In this document: positions 43,103 to 57,925 of the stretch, piece after piece
Numbering within the stretch: the stretch's first letter is position 1
Layout of the letters: each line of letters starts with the position of its first letter
Assembly (NCBI GenBank): GCA_951406725.2
Contig: OX597819.1
Location: 63,550,001-63,614,000, forward strand
Length of the DNA stretch: 64,000 nucleotides
Source of the DNA: Octopus vulgaris
Lineage: Eukaryota
Reading direction: 5' to 3'
Position numbers and translations under genes: made by a program
The notes under the pieces: model-generated
Told to the model about the DNA's origin: nothing
Seen by the model: only the letters and a program-made list of their open reading frames with translations
Databases searched by the model: none

Positions 43103-43435
43103 GCGCAGGAGTGGATGCGTGGTAAGTAGCTTGCTTACCAACCACATGGCAATGGGTTCAGTCCCACTGCGTGGCACCTTGGTCAATTGTCTTCTACGAG
43201 AGTCTTGTGGATTTGGTAGATGGAAACTGAAAGACTCTCGTCGTATATATATATATATATATGAATTTGTGTGTGCCTTTACGTCCGTGTAACATAGCGG
43301 TTCGACAAATAAAAGCGATAGAATAAGTATTAGGCTTAGAAAGAATAAGTCTTGGGATCGATATTTTCGACCAAATGCGGTGTTCCAGCATTGTCGCAGT
43401 CAAATGTCTAAAAACAAATTAAAGAATAAAAGAAT
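43103..43435 (+). mobile_element. CORE-type tRNA SINE with CR1-like 3' tail
   Basis: tRNA head, gcgtggcaccttggtcaa core, TA insert, then gcggtgttccagcattgtcgcagtc...aaagaataaaagaat. Confidence 0.8.
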
Positions 43436-43438
43436 GTA

Positions 43439-43504
<66 letters not shown>

Positions 43505-43709
43505 GCACACACAAACAGAGTATATATATATATAGGAGTGAAAAAACTACAGAAGGCTTGTGTTATATGGTTAAAGGATATATTGAAATCGTTATGTTAG
43601 AAAAATGTAATAAAATCTTGCGTATAGTGACATAGTTTGCAGAGAAGTAAACGGTTTCGTATTTCCTCTTCAAATTTCTCAAATTGATTTACCTATATAT
43701 ATACATATA

Positions 43710-44000
43710 CAGTGACGGACCGGCCAGTTTGTCAGCTTGCCCCCGATAGCAAGTGGGCTCCTGCGCCAATAGAATGTACATGAGGGCCCATCACCTCAAG
43801 TTTGAGGATTTTTTTTATTCACACCTGGAAGAATGCATTAATTATTTCGGCATGGTTGTGTTTCTAGAGAGTTGAAAAGAATACTTTTAATAAAAAAGTT
43901 TAAGTGATAACATTATAGTTGTGGTTGGGCCGTTCTTATCTGCTGGTGGCCCCCCTTGTAGTGGCGGTAGGCCCCTCGATTGAGACTCAGTTGACCACTG
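43710..44000. mobile_element. Probable hAT-type MITE
   Basis: CAGTG...CACTG termini and a 7/8 matching 8-bp TSD (tacatata/cacatata), though in low-complexity flanks. Confidence 0.5.
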
Positions 44001-44032
44001 CACATATATACATGTATATATATATGTGTATG

Positions 44033-44063
<31 letters not shown>

Positions 44064-44068
44064 GTAAG

Positions 44069-44106
<38 letters not shown>

Positions 44107-44241
44107 TATTCATATAAATGTATATATATATATATATGTTTGTATGTATATATATATATGTATATATGTATATATATATATATATATACATATATATATA
44201 CACACATATATATATATACATATGCACACACATTTATATAT

Positions 44242-44294
<53 letters not shown>

Positions 44295-45016
44295 CACATA
44301 CATAATACATACACATACATATACACGTATACATAGGTACAGAACGTCACCAATAGTTCAAATAACATTAAATATGTAAACAAACGTGTGAAAACGAAAA
44401 TCGAGTGAAATACGTAAACAACAAGAGAAGAAAGGACCACATGACAAGTAAATACAGAGAAAGAACTCTTTATCACTTCTCGGCTGCCTACCTCCTCCTC
44501 ATCTCGAGTATTCAACGACAATATGAGTCTTCAAAGACAATTGATGCCATAAATTCTAAAATACAATTTAGGATTTATGGTGGGTGAGAGTTGGGAAGAA
44601 AAAATGGCAGTAAAACATACAATGAAACCAAACGGAAATAAACATGAAGGGTCGTTAGACTAGAATTAGAGGAAAATAATCAACGCTGGGAGAAGCGGTT
44701 TCTTTTTTTAAAAGAGAAAATATAATAGAGAGAGATAGAGAGGGAGAAATACGTGAGGGAAAGAATTATGGACGATGGTCACGTGAGGAAATGAAAGATG
44801 GACGATGAGCAACGAGAGAAAGAGGGTAGAGAGAGTTACAGGCAGATTGATACAAAACCGAGAATGAGGGAGGAGGAGTTAAAGGAAATTAGCGAAGTTG
44901 GGAGGAAGAAAGCAGTATAGACTAGAGAGCTGCATCAGAAAGATGAAATAAGTGAAATATTACTTGGAAATGCATGCGCCGCGTATAATTAACTAATTAA
45001 TAATAAATATAATATA

Positions 45017-45090
<74 letters not shown>

Positions 45091-45112
45091 CATATATATG
45101 CATATATATATA

Positions 45113-45166
<54 letters not shown>

Positions 45167-45273
45167 CACGCATATATATACGTATATGCATGTATATATA
45201 TATATTTATATATATATATACATGTATATATTTATATATATATGTAAGTATTTATATACATATATGTATGTAT

Positions 45274-45331
<58 letters not shown>

Positions 45332-45491
45332 ACATGTGTATGTTTCCATAATACGCACATTACGCAGCATAAGCATATACAATAATCTACGCATATACTC
45401 GCACAACACACACACAAAACTATACACACATATGTATGTATTTTATCTATTTCTATACAAATGCTTACCTTATGTCTGTATGTGCGTGTGT

Positions 45492-45538
<47 letters not shown>

Positions 45539-45812
45539 TGTATGTGCTTGATTGTGAGGATGTGAGCGTGTGTGATTTGTACGACATTTGAAAGTATTCA
45601 ATTAACTTTACTACGGATATTATGTATTCTAAACGTCAATAACTCAATGAATGCTCGAGGAATTGTAATTTCAGCTGTTGTAGATGTTTAATAAATCCTA
45701 TATTATATACTAAATGTTTGTTTTACGATAGGAAACTGGAAAATGCTCAACAGAGAACGGACGTATTATTCTCTATCACTCTTGACTTTATAGTGGAAAC
45801 GTATACAAATGT

Positions 45813-45869
<57 letters not shown>

Positions 45870-45871
<2 letters not shown>

Positions 45872-46142
45872 ACAATTGAGGAACAGCCTCAATAGGCCAT
45901 TCGACCCACTAGAAAGAGCACCCAGGACTCAAACCGCCAAGTAGTAGTAATTCAGAAATTAAAGGAAAATTTTAAAGAAAAAGGAAAATTAAAAAAACAT
46001 TTACCCTATTCATAAAGATGAATGGGGTAAATGTTTTTTTAATTTTCCTTTAATTTCTGAATTACTACTACTTGGCGGTTTGAATCCTGGCTGCTCTTTC
46101 TAGTGGGTTGAATGGCCTATTGAGGCCGTTCCTCAAATGTTG
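45870..46142. repeat. Fold-back element, arms of about 125-145 bp with a 4-nt loop
   Basis: caacaattgaggaacagcctc...cat-aaag-atg...gaggccgttcctcaaatgttg. Confidence 0.9.
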
Positions 46143-46235
46143 TTGGATTTATATATATAGCCTCTGACTATTTTCTCTCTCTTACTAGACCGCTGGTGGC
46201 GAAAAACTTCTATAGAATGTTTTGCTACCCTATAT

Positions 46236-46275
<40 letters not shown>

Positions 46276-46340
46276 GTATGTATGCACGCATAAATGCACG
46301 TACATATATATATACACACACACACAAGCACATATATATT

Positions 46341-46372
<32 letters not shown>

Positions 46373-46568
46373 ACATATATGTAATATATATATAACATAT
46401 ATGTAATATATATATATGTATATATATTATACATATGTATCTTCAAGTGTTTGTAAGATCATGCATTATTATATAGTATAATTTCTTACGTATGTATATA
46501 CGTATATGTTTATCTGAATTTATGCATGTGTTGCTTGTATGTATTAATGCATGCACGTATATACATAC

Positions 46569-46630
<62 letters not shown>

Positions 46631-47146
46631 CATAGTTACATATAGATATAGGAATACACACACTCCAATACAAACCTGTGTGCGGGTGTGCATGTTTTGT
46701 GCGCATGTGTGTGTCATTGCCTAATCTGCAGTGTCTGGATATTTGATCTTTGCTCTTCCTATTTGTAACGCCATTTTCATTCAAGGGTTTCGATTTTGTT
46801 TCATTTCCCACCATTTACTTACTTTTCCTGTTGAAGAATTGAAATTAACAGTTAGCAGAATATACTCACTTCATAAGATGCCCAAATTTTACCACATTTT
46901 GATGTGACCACATTTGAATGTGAAATATATCTTCATTTACGGGGGCCTAATTTCTATTAATTTTTCATTATTTTAAGCACACACCCACATACACATACAC
47001 TCACACATGCACACACACACAAGTACGCACGCACACACACTTATATTCTAGGTATATTAACAGAAATATGCTTCTTGTGTACTTGCATATATACATTTAA
47101 AGTTGTGTTTATCTATCTTTATTCACGTGAATCTCTCTCTCCTCTC

Positions 47147-47195
<49 letters not shown>

Positions 47196-47283
47196 CAAAA
47201 CCTTCTCTATCTACTCTGCCATACGTATGGATGTCAGGTTACGGGTGCTTGTTCTCAACGTCCTGATGTATACTGTGCAACGT

Positions 47284-47527
<244 letters not shown>

Positions 47528-47599
47528 CAATGATGATTCTAATTATTTTCCAACAAGGTAAAGGACGAGGGGGTCAATACATATGCAGACACAAATTGT

Positions 47600-48340
47600 T
47601 GCGCTTTACATATTATGAAATGATAAAATACATAAATAAATAACAAGAACAAGAGTAAGTGTACACGCTTTACAAGGACATGCGAAATGAAATACACATA
47701 GCATAGAAAGGTTAAAATGAAGGAGAGATGATAGAGATGTTGTCTTCCTGGAGCAAGGGTGATCTCTAGGGATAACCAAGGAATCCACTGTCAAAGATAT
47801 CCCTGAATACCAAGAGCGATTGTCCTTTCCAGTTCTATTACTCCGATTCACAGGTCTACACTCCGAGTGTTACCATCCACTCTTTCCATTTTCGCACCTT
47901 TCACTCACATTTCAGAAAACTCACTCGAGTAACGGTACTTCCCTCTCCACTCTCAATTTCCTTTTCAAGTGAAACTTGAAGAAGTCAATGAGGCCTCTAC
48001 CAAAGAGGAAGGTATCGGTCCTCATGTCTTTCAGCCTCGACGAACAGACAACTTCTTTCGCCACAGCCACCAGATCATGGAAAGCTGCCTTGACTGCCCG
48101 ATTAAAGGACGGTGGTGGGGCAATCATTCCTATGGACTCGGTTGGAAGATGGATGGATCCGCCCTACACATGACAGCAGTTTTTTTTAAATAACCCCGCA
48201 AGTTAGCAATACTCGGACACTAAACGAGTGCGTTCAGAACGATTTCATCCTCCTACGTGAACGCCTGATAGCATGTCCTTGCATGTGGTGTTTATATCGA
48301 ACTAGCGGTGCCCCTCACCACCATACGGTAGCACTTCTAC
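47600..48340 (-). mobile_element. Decayed L1/Tx1-type LINE 3' end
   Basis: Minus-strand remnants EIVLNALV*CPSIA (zf-RVT-like) and LVAVAKEVV...LIDFFKFHLKRKLRVERE. Confidence 0.55.
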
Positions 48341-49373
48341 ATAATAATAATATGCTTTTTCAAAATCAACTAAAACAATATGGATTCAAACCCAACTTCA
48401 TTACAAGACTGGTGTTAAGTTGATCTGGGTATTGTATTACGCATAAATATTTCGAGGTATTAAAAATTACTGATATAGGTGTATTGATGTTTTAACATCG
48501 CACTTATATAATTTACAGTTATATGTATAATCAGATATTATCATTATGTCTTATCAGTAATCGTAAGTAGTGTATTCAAGCATGAATAATGTCATCTGCA
48601 TACCATAATAAATATCACTTCCACAACACATCTGTCTGCTTTGGCCACAGACACATTAATCTTAAGGTGTGTGTGTATACATGTATATATGTATGTATAT
48701 ATATATATGCGTGTGTGTATGTTTGTGTGTGTATATATGTATATATATATTTATATATATATATGTATTTATATATGTTCGTATATATATATATATATAT
48801 ATATATACACGCATATAATGATGTAAATAATATATATATATACATATATACATACATATACATGTGTATGTGTGTGTATATGTATGTATTATGTAGATAT
48901 GTATGTATGTATATTTAATTGCCCATCTTTATCAGTTATCACTACCAAACTCCACCTGCCAATTCTCATTGTCTTCACCCTTGTTGGTATTGACATCATA
49001 GCATCATCAGTAGATTTTAAATATATTTGTATTTATATTAATAATATCATACATTCGATGGTATATTATTGTGAGGCATAGACATGCTAGCTTATGAAAA
49101 CATTTCGATTCATAAACGTGAGATCTCAGGGTAAGCAAGTGGCAATTTGGGATAATGTCCTTTTCTATAACCCAAGCCTATTAAAAATCTTCTGGGTGGA
49201 TTTTATAGAGAGTCACAAAAGCAGTCCAAATCATACATGTATACATATATACTAATACTTTACATGTACTACTTTACTTGGACCACTTGACATCTACTGC
49301 TAATACATTACATGTACCAAGTTCTCACGTTGTTGTGCTTTTTGTATTTGTTGTTCGTTTTTTTTGATTTACG

Positions 49374-49406
<33 letters not shown>

Positions 49407-49427
49407 TGTATATATATAGCTACAATG

Positions 49428-49500
<73 letters not shown>

Positions 49501-49817
49501 TAATAATAATAATAATGAGAACACTAAAAAAGTGAACGAAGCCGTGTGGAAGAAAATTTGTTGGGACAGTTCTTGAAGAGTAAAGACGAGATTGATTGGA
49601 ATAAGACTTAAAAGAGTCCACTGAAACATTATGGTCGATAATATAGGTGCTAAAGGCGATGCTCTAGCACGGCTGCAGTCAGACGACTGAAACAAGTAAA
49701 AATAATATATATACAAATATATATATATATATACATATATATCTAATACATATAATATATATATATATATATAAGTATAGATAGATAGAGAGAGAGAGAA
49801 ACAAAGAGTAAGTGGCC

Positions 49818-50460
49818 TTTCCTACTTGAGGCACAAGGCTTCAAATTTGGTGGGAGGGGAATAATCGATTACATCAACCCCAGTGTTTCACTGGTACTTA
49901 AATTATCTTCGTCGAAAGGATGAAAGGCAAAATCGACCTCGGCGGAAATGGAACTCAGAACATAGCGACAGGCGAAATACCTCTAGCCATTATATCGGTA
50001 AGCATAATAATAATCATCAAGGGATGGACATTTTGAATAGTTTAATAGATCGCAGTTCGTGTTTCTGGGATGTTTACAATACACTCCGTGGAAGCGCAAT
50101 GGCCCTTTGGTTAGGGAGGCGGACTCACGGTCATCGCATCGCAGTTTTGTTTCCCAGACCGGGCATTGTGAGTGTTTATTGAGCGAAAATATCTAAAAGC
50201 TCCAGCAGGGAGTGATGGCGAACCCTGCTGTACTCTTTCACCACAACTTTTTCTCAGTCTTTCTTCCTGTTTCTGTTCTACGTGTATTTCAAAGGGCTCA
50301 GTTTGTCACACTGTGTGTCACGCAGAATCTCCCCGAGAACTATGTTAAGGGTATACGTGTCTGTAGAGTGCTCAGCCACTTGCTCATTAATTTTACGAGC
50401 AGGTTGTTCCGTTGATCGGTTCACCTAGAACCCTCGTCATCATAACTGACGTAGTGCCAC
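49818..50460. mobile_element. SINE family 1 fragment (-) followed by SINE family 3 (+, 50092-50460)
   Basis: Similarity to the copies at 1548 and 37116. Confidence 0.7.
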
Positions 50461-50869
50461 ATTACACACCGTAGTACCCATGGGCACACAAGCCCCCAAA
50501 ACTGCTATCGCCAGCTTATTAAACTAGGACCTTTTATATGCATATACAAAAAAGTTTTCCTGTAAGAGAAATTCAAGGATATATGCATACACCTATATAA
50601 TGCACCATGTAGTGATCGGAAACCAGAACGATCTGGTTGTAATGCAAATGTCTTACCGCGCAGCCACTTCAGTGCCTATACATATATACACACACCTACA
50701 CACGCGTATGTGTGTGAGTCTGTGTGTACGTATGATTTTGTATATATGAATAGTATATATATGTGTTCGCGCGAGCGCGCGGGTATCGCTTTTCCTTCAT
50801 ATCACGTGATTTTTTGTAAATTGGGCGCTAAAGCGTAAAGCGTCAATGAAGTTGACAAGGTGGAGAATG

Positions 50870-51059
50870 ATGGAGATGATGATGACGACGACGACGACGA
50901 GGGCGATGATGATGATGATTATCTTGATGATGATGATGATGGTGATGACGATGATGATGATGATGAGGAGGAGGAGGAGGAGCGGGATGATAATGATGAT
51001 GCGATGACGGCGCGCTGACGATGATGAAGAAGATAATGATGATAATAATGACTACGCTC

Positions 51060-51090
<31 letters not shown>

Positions 51091-51091
51091 C

Positions 51092-51131
<40 letters not shown>

Positions 51132-51216
51132 TTGAGAGCGATAATGTAGAGGGCGATGATGATTTTTATGATTGTGATCATCATGATGATTATGACAATG
51201 ATGATCAAGCTGATGA
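50870..51216. repeat. (GAT)n-rich trinucleotide repeat
   Basis: Directly visible. Confidence 0.9.
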
Positions 51217-51698
51217 TTTCTTACACGCTGGAATACAATATTAATGAAATTAAAATGCAATCAACATACTACGCAAAAATCTATAGAGGAGAAAAAAACC
51301 CGAATATCTATCTATCTATCTATATATATATAGATAGATACAACAGTAGCAATGGATATATACTGATATAGTGGAGAGGATTTCCTGAATTTTTATTAAA
51401 TATCAGTAAAAATTTGTATTAATTTGTCTCCTGGAAGCTTCTACCCGAATTTTAATTAAAATAAGATACAGCTTATTTAATTGATATTTAGAAAATAACA
51501 ATTTTTTTTAATGAGACAAATGTGTATTATGGACAAGACAAATAGCATATGATACGGTCAAATTTAATTAATAATATTTTAATTTAGTGTTATTTTATTT
51601 TGAATAAATTGTGCCACAATTTTATATACACACACAAGTAGACACACACACATATACACAAATATGAATATATAGATATACATGTGTGTGTATGTGTG

Positions 51699-51760
<62 letters not shown>

Positions 51761-51923
51761 GGCGTGGTAGTGGCTGTGTGGTAAGTAGCTTGCTTACCAA
51801 CGACATGGTCCCGGGTTCAGTCCCACTGCGTGGCACTTTGGGCAAGTGTCTTCTAGTATAGCCTCGGGCCGACCAAAGCCTTGTGAGTGGATTTGGTAGA
51901 CGGAAACTGAAAGAAGCCAGTCG
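51761..51923 (+). mobile_element. CORE-type tRNA SINE (5' part)
   Basis: A-box tggctgtgtgg, B-box ggttcagtccc and gcgtggcactttgggcaagtgtc. Confidence 0.85.
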
Positions 51924-51925
51924 TA

Positions 51926-51975
<50 letters not shown>

Positions 51976-52004
51976 AAACAAGAACAATTATAATAATAAT
52001 TTAA

Positions 52005-52214
52005 AATTTTGACACAAGGCTAGCAATTACGGGGAAGGTGTTAAGTCGTTTACATCGACGCCTGTGCTCAACTGCTACTTATTTTATAGACACTTGAAAG
52101 GATGATATATGTAAATTCAACCTCGGCGGAATTTGAACTCACAACATAAAGACTGGCGAAATGCCGCCAAGCATTTTGCCCAGCGTGCGAAAGATTCTGC
52201 CAGCTCGCCGCCTT
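52005..52214 (-). mobile_element. SINE family 1
   Basis: Match to other copies. Confidence 0.8.
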
Positions 52215-53994
52215 AGCAGCGAAAGTAATAATAATGACGATAATGATGGTGCTGATGGTGATGATCATGATGAAGTTAATGATGATAATGATAAATCATA
52301 GCATATGAAGCATACAATCATAATTCTACACTCCTTAAAGATTATTATCTACTTCCTGAAATACGAAGCTGTACTTGGCGGTGCAATAGAATCTCTGCGT
52401 GAACAGCTGAACACGTGATCAGTAGTTGATGGGAATGTAGGCGATAGGTAGGACGAAACAAAGATTTTGATTTCTTACATTAGCATGCGAGAAACCAGAA
52501 GTCTGTAATAGAAATATATTCCCTGTACATTATTATAATATTTTATCATCAACGGAACGATGAAATATTAAGTCGACACCAGTTAATAATTGAACTGACA
52601 ATATGAGGAAACGCAAATAAATAGTGCAATGGGAGTTTGAGTGATACGTACAGTTGATCAAACAGACTGTAAGCAAACATTGATATAAACTTATATCAAC
52701 AGCTGAAATCATTCGAAGTACATTGCTTTATTGAAGTGTCTGAGAGCGTGAATAAAAATAGAACGGTTTGAATATTTAAAGACTAAGGTAAAGTAGGATT
52801 TAGCAGAAAAATAAACAAAAAAACTTATGAATAAAATTTTAGAAGGACAAAATATTGCGGCCATATCTATTTAATGAATATCTTACAGATAAAACAGAAA
52901 ATAGTAGTCAAAATCTTCGAACTGAAAGACTTCTCAATTTATTCATTCTTAGTTTATATGTTGTAAGTTTTTTTCCTTGAATTACAAAAACGAATGATTG
53001 TTCTCATATATATAAGAAAAGACTTCATGAAAGAAAGGGGTTTGAAGTGATTACGAAAAGCACATAAGAAACTAAGAGGAAGCCTCAGCACGATAGTCTT
53101 CCCTCCTAATGACAACAGTTGGGTTTTTCTCTAATGTATTTTACAATCTTGAATGTTGAATATATATAATGTATTCCACGATAAAGTTTCGTTGAAACTT
53201 GGGTGAACGTGAGGTGGGTCGAAAAAAATATAGTCATAGCAGACTAAACATGGGACCGGAGTAATGACATGATGCACACCACGTGTCTTGGCAAAGTCTC
53301 TGATCCAACTGATCGGTTAGTAGACACGGCCAAAAGTTATTTAGAACTGTCATCAGGTTATTGGAGACCTGATGATAGCATTCCAGGGATTTTTGTTATA
53401 GAATATATTGATAGTGTCATAATTTGAATTAACCACGCACACACACACACACACACACACACAAATACACATAAATACAAACATGAATATACAGAATACA
53501 TACATACAAACGTACACACATACGTACATACATACATATATACATACGCACACACATACATGCATACACTCATTTATATGCATGCATACATACATACATA
53601 CATACATGTGCATGCGCACACACACTGAACCCTTCACATGCGTACATGCAAACAAAAAGTCGCAGCTCGGAAAACGGACAGAGTCAACGACTATTGAAAA
53701 GGTTGTAAGACGCAGCGAAAATTTTAGGAAAAATAAATGGGTGGAAATTTTACTGCTGAGTGTGTTGAATAAAAAGGCACTAAAAAGATCGACACAACAA
53801 AATATTCTTCAACGTACAAACTCACACAATGAATTTTGTAAACCAAATCCAGAAAACGAAATATAAACGCGGATTCTCTTTGTGGATCGATGACGTCATG
53901 CAAATATCAGTCATGTCTGTTGGAAATTAAAACATCCTCTCTTAAAGAAAACAACTATTTATTAGTAAAACAGTATTGCGTATGTTAAAAAATA

Positions 53995-54334
53995 TATGCT
54001 GAGACCCACTTCGGTCATGACTGACCATGGGATTGCACCTGGAAAGTAACCCTCCCAGGCACAAGTCCGGGCAATGATATTTATGGAAGACCAGCAGTAG
54101 CCCATGGATACCGGCTTCCCCTCTCCACGTCACCAGTGTTACCCAAGAGGAAAGTCAAAGCCGATACGGCTTGGCACATGTGTCGTCGCAACTCATTTCT
54201 ACAGCTGAGTGAACTGCAGCAACGTGAAATAAAGTGTCTTGCTCAAGAACACAACACGCAGCCCGGTCCGGGATTCGAACTCACAACCTCCCTATCGTAA
54301 GCGCGACGCTCTAACCACTGAGTCATGCGCCTTC
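53995..54334 (-). mobile_element. tRNA-derived SINE family 4
   Basis: Minus strand ggcgcatgactcagtggttagagc...gagttcgaatccc...gtgttcttgagcaagacactt. Confidence 0.8.
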
Positions 54335-54544
54335 ACAAAAATATATTCTGCATGACTACGGGCATAAATGGTTTTATTGTAATTGTTCATTGTGAGGAAA
54401 GCACTAGTCCAAATGACAAGAACAAAAACAACAGGAAAAGTAGCTATAAACCACATCACTGCACATTTTGAAAGTACAGAAAATACTCCAAGCAAATAAT
54501 GATGGTCTATTGATGGCATCGAGATATCTAGTCACTATATGTGG

Positions 54545-55460
54545 AATGGATCGCGCCCAAGAGCGCGATGTGCTCTTGGGCTCTAACCGGGAAGATGTCG
54601 AAGATGCTCTCGAAAGGGTGTATGCGGCAGCGGCAGCTGTCGGTCTTCGGATCAATGCTGGCCGAACCAAATTGATGACGTCTCTGGTCAAAGCAGATGA
54701 ATCGCAGCCAATCGTTCTCGAGGGCATGGAGCTGGAGGATGTGGAGTCCTTCGTCTATCTGGGATCAACGGTGGTTCCAGCGGGCCAGGCCGCAGCCGAG
54801 GTCGAGCGTCGCATAGGTGTTGCTAGATCTGCATTCGTGCGTCTCCAGCGGTGCCTGTGAGATAGAAGAGCGATCTCGGTGACTAAAGGGTGAATCTACT
54901 AGGCCGCCGTTCGTACTATCCTCCTCTATGGTTGCGAAACATGGCCTATGAGGGTAGTCGATCAGCGAAGTCTGGAGGTGTTCGACAATGACTGTCTCCG
55001 CCGCTTTCTTCGCTGCAGGTGCATTGATCGAGATTCAGGTGATGACGAAAACCGGTTTTCGTCATCACCTGAATCTCCGGCTTTCGTCATCACCTGAATC
55101 TCCGGCTTCTCCCTTCGGTGTTTCTACAACGGCACTTAAGGTGGTTCGGTCATGCAGCCCGGCGTCCAGAGGGTGAGCTGATTCTCGATGACCTCTTCCC
55201 ACCTCCACTTCCCAGCTGGCGCAAACGCACGGACGGACAGTCGAAGACCTGGGCAACGATGATAAAGGAGGATCTCTTCGAAATCTCAGGTCCGCAGGTG
55301 GTCGGTCTGCGCAGATGGAACCACGAATGGCTCGCTGTCTCCAGTGAACTCGCACGTGACCGTCGAGCGTTGGCCGCCATGGTTCGTGATGCCGTTAGGA
55401 CCAGAGAAGAAGCCGGCTCAACCCACCCTGAGTGAACGCCGTCACAAGTACAAGTAAGTA
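54545..55460 (+). mobile_element. GC-rich RTE-clade LINE 3' fragment
   Basis: GLRINAGRTK, FVYLGS, EVERRIGVARSAF, LLYGCETW and LRWFGHAARR. Tail caagtacaagtaagta. Confidence 0.9.
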
Positions 55461-56952
55461 GAACAAGAAAGGAAATCGCGTTTGCGGAGTGGACGGAAAT
55501 ATACCTCGTAATGAATTAACCACCGTAAAATTACCCACAGAAACATACAATTGTTGGACTAGCTTCCTCTGCGGATGACCACCAGCTGGCGCACTTAAGC
55601 AAATACTAGCTTCACTTCTGATTATCTCATATTACTTTCACTCTCAGATTCTAAACAAATATTTCATAAGCTTTACAGAAAATTGCGTGCTAATTGAGTA
55701 CGAATATTTTTTTGTATGTGTATGTCATAACGGATAGGTCAAACTTGATGGAGCTGAAACATGGCCAAATGTGTCGAAGCCGCATGCAGGTTTACATTGT
55801 CTTTAGTGAAAGTAAAATTAGGAATATATCAACATAATATTCCTTATGATTGAAATTACTCTCGGATTTGATAGGTTCCATCAGATCGTACGACCAAGTA
55901 GTGTCTTTACTTGGAGATTTTACATAGAAAATGGTAATCGTTTCCAACGCGAAATTCTTACTGAAGTGTTATTTTCCAAAGAGACTCATTATACTCACAT
56001 TTAACTATTTCTGTGTATTTCATGGTTTATAATTAATGCACAATAAGCTGAAGTATTATCTTGTCGAATATAACGGGTGAAGGAAGTGTCTAATGTTCAT
56101 GGATGGCTTCAAACTTTTATATAAATACTAGAATAATCTAAATTGCCACAGGGAGCCTGATATCACTTAAAAGAAGCGGTACGTAGGTGCCGTTTACTAT
56201 TGCTAAATCTGTCATACTTTCTACGGAGAGCGTGAGTGCGAGAGAGTGAGAGAGAGAGATATGGATAGAGGAAAAAGAGATGGATTGAGAGACTGAGTAA
56301 GAGAGAGAGATAGAGAGAGAGAGAGAGTGAGTGTGTATATGTGAGAGCGAGGGAGGCTTACTTAAAAGTATATGGCAGCTTTAATAATTCCTGGACTAAA
56401 GAATGTCTAATATTTCTCGGTTTCTGTGCGGATAAACCAGATATCGCGTTGAGCATGATACCTACCTGAGAGTACCGAACTCTACGCGCACAGATACATG
56501 TACGCGTGCGTGTACTCACACAGACATACACACACCGGGCACACTCACACACACACACACGCGCGCGCATACATTAACTCGCTCACTCCAGTCAAAGCTA
56601 TTTACACGCGCACAGAAATACATATTTACACCGAATGACATCTGTAGATGATTTGACACTTTATGATTTGCCATTTTATATTTCATATCAAAAATGTTAG
56701 TATCCAATTCAATATCCATGACATTGCAATACATAGTGGATGGAGGGTTTTGGTATCAGAGATATATTTATATGTTTTAAAACAAGACCGAAGCCAAAGC
56801 GAATGGCTGTTTACAGAACGGTTGGAGGAAAGGATATGTGTATCAGAGGCGTGATCCTAACTTTTTTATTTTGGGGATAAATGGCTATATGAATATATTT
56901 GTTTATTTGCAAGTATGCAAGTTTCATAGGCTCACACAGACACACAGACACA

Positions 56953-56991
<39 letters not shown>

Positions 56992-57012
56992 CCATATATA
57001 TGTATATATATA

Positions 57013-57925
57013 TGATGGCTTCTCCCTCGTTATCGAGTATGGCCATTGCACGAAGCATAACTGTTATTGGTGCTATGATCGAATGTGACTTTTAGCCCAG
57101 CTAAAGATCTACAATGTCCTGTACAGAATTGGCAGCTAAAACCCTTACCGGCAATAGCCGGCTGTAGTTGTAACTGGGCTTCATGTACATTTGCATGTCG
57201 TTTAAGTTCTCCTGCCGAATTACACTCTCTTCTACATGCCTGACAGATATGATTACCATGGTGTGTAACACCACCACCAGTGGCAAGGTTGTCACTCATC
57301 TGTCTCGCTTTATGACTACGAAGATGACTCTTGAGTCCAGCTTTACTGAAGCAGGGTCTTGCACAGACATTGCACGTCAGCATCAAAGGAAGACCCTTCT
57401 CTTCTGGAAGTGTAACAGCGATGCCCTTCCTGACATCCGTCCTTACTTTCTCATGTGCCATTCGAGATTTCTCAAAAGTAGTTGTCTCCTCGTGCACAAT
57501 CCTTCTCCACCTGCTACGATCAATAGCTATGCCCTCCCATGTGTCACGAGAGATGCAAGCATCTCTGAAGGAAACCATCGGCAAGTCCTTATACCGCTTT
57601 TTTGGTTTATGTGAGGATCGTTCTCCATTAGCTAACTCTCCATAAAAGAGTTGTTTTGGCATCCTTGAATCCTTCATCCTGACCAGATGACCACTCCATC
57701 TGAGCCTTTGCTTTAACACAAGACCTTCTATACTTTCGCGCCGAGAGCCCTCCAATATTTCAAGATCACTGATGCGGTCTTCCCACTTAATGCCATAGAT
57801 CCGTCTGAGACACATCTGATAGAAACGTTCCAGTTGTTTAAGGTGGTATCGATATGTGATCCACGTCTCGCAGGCATAGAGAAGAGAAGGGAACATACAT
57901 GTCTTGTACACCTTTATCTTTGTCT
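57013..57925 (-). mobile_element. RTE/BovB-like LINE 3' fragment with three C2H2-like fingers
   Basis: ORF 57030-57911 has LLYACETW, LRWSGHLVRM and PKQLFYGEL, then CNVC..H..H, CQAC..H..H and CQFC. Confidence 0.9.

Noticed and set aside
50843-51371. Poly-His/Ile/Ser/Val ORFs, also at 13767, 47103 and 61354
   Set aside because: Trinucleotide repeats with no supporting domain or splice context.
54255-54334. Possible tRNA genes, also at 37119 and 51761
   Set aside because: They continue into SINE bodies and lack a proper acceptor stem.
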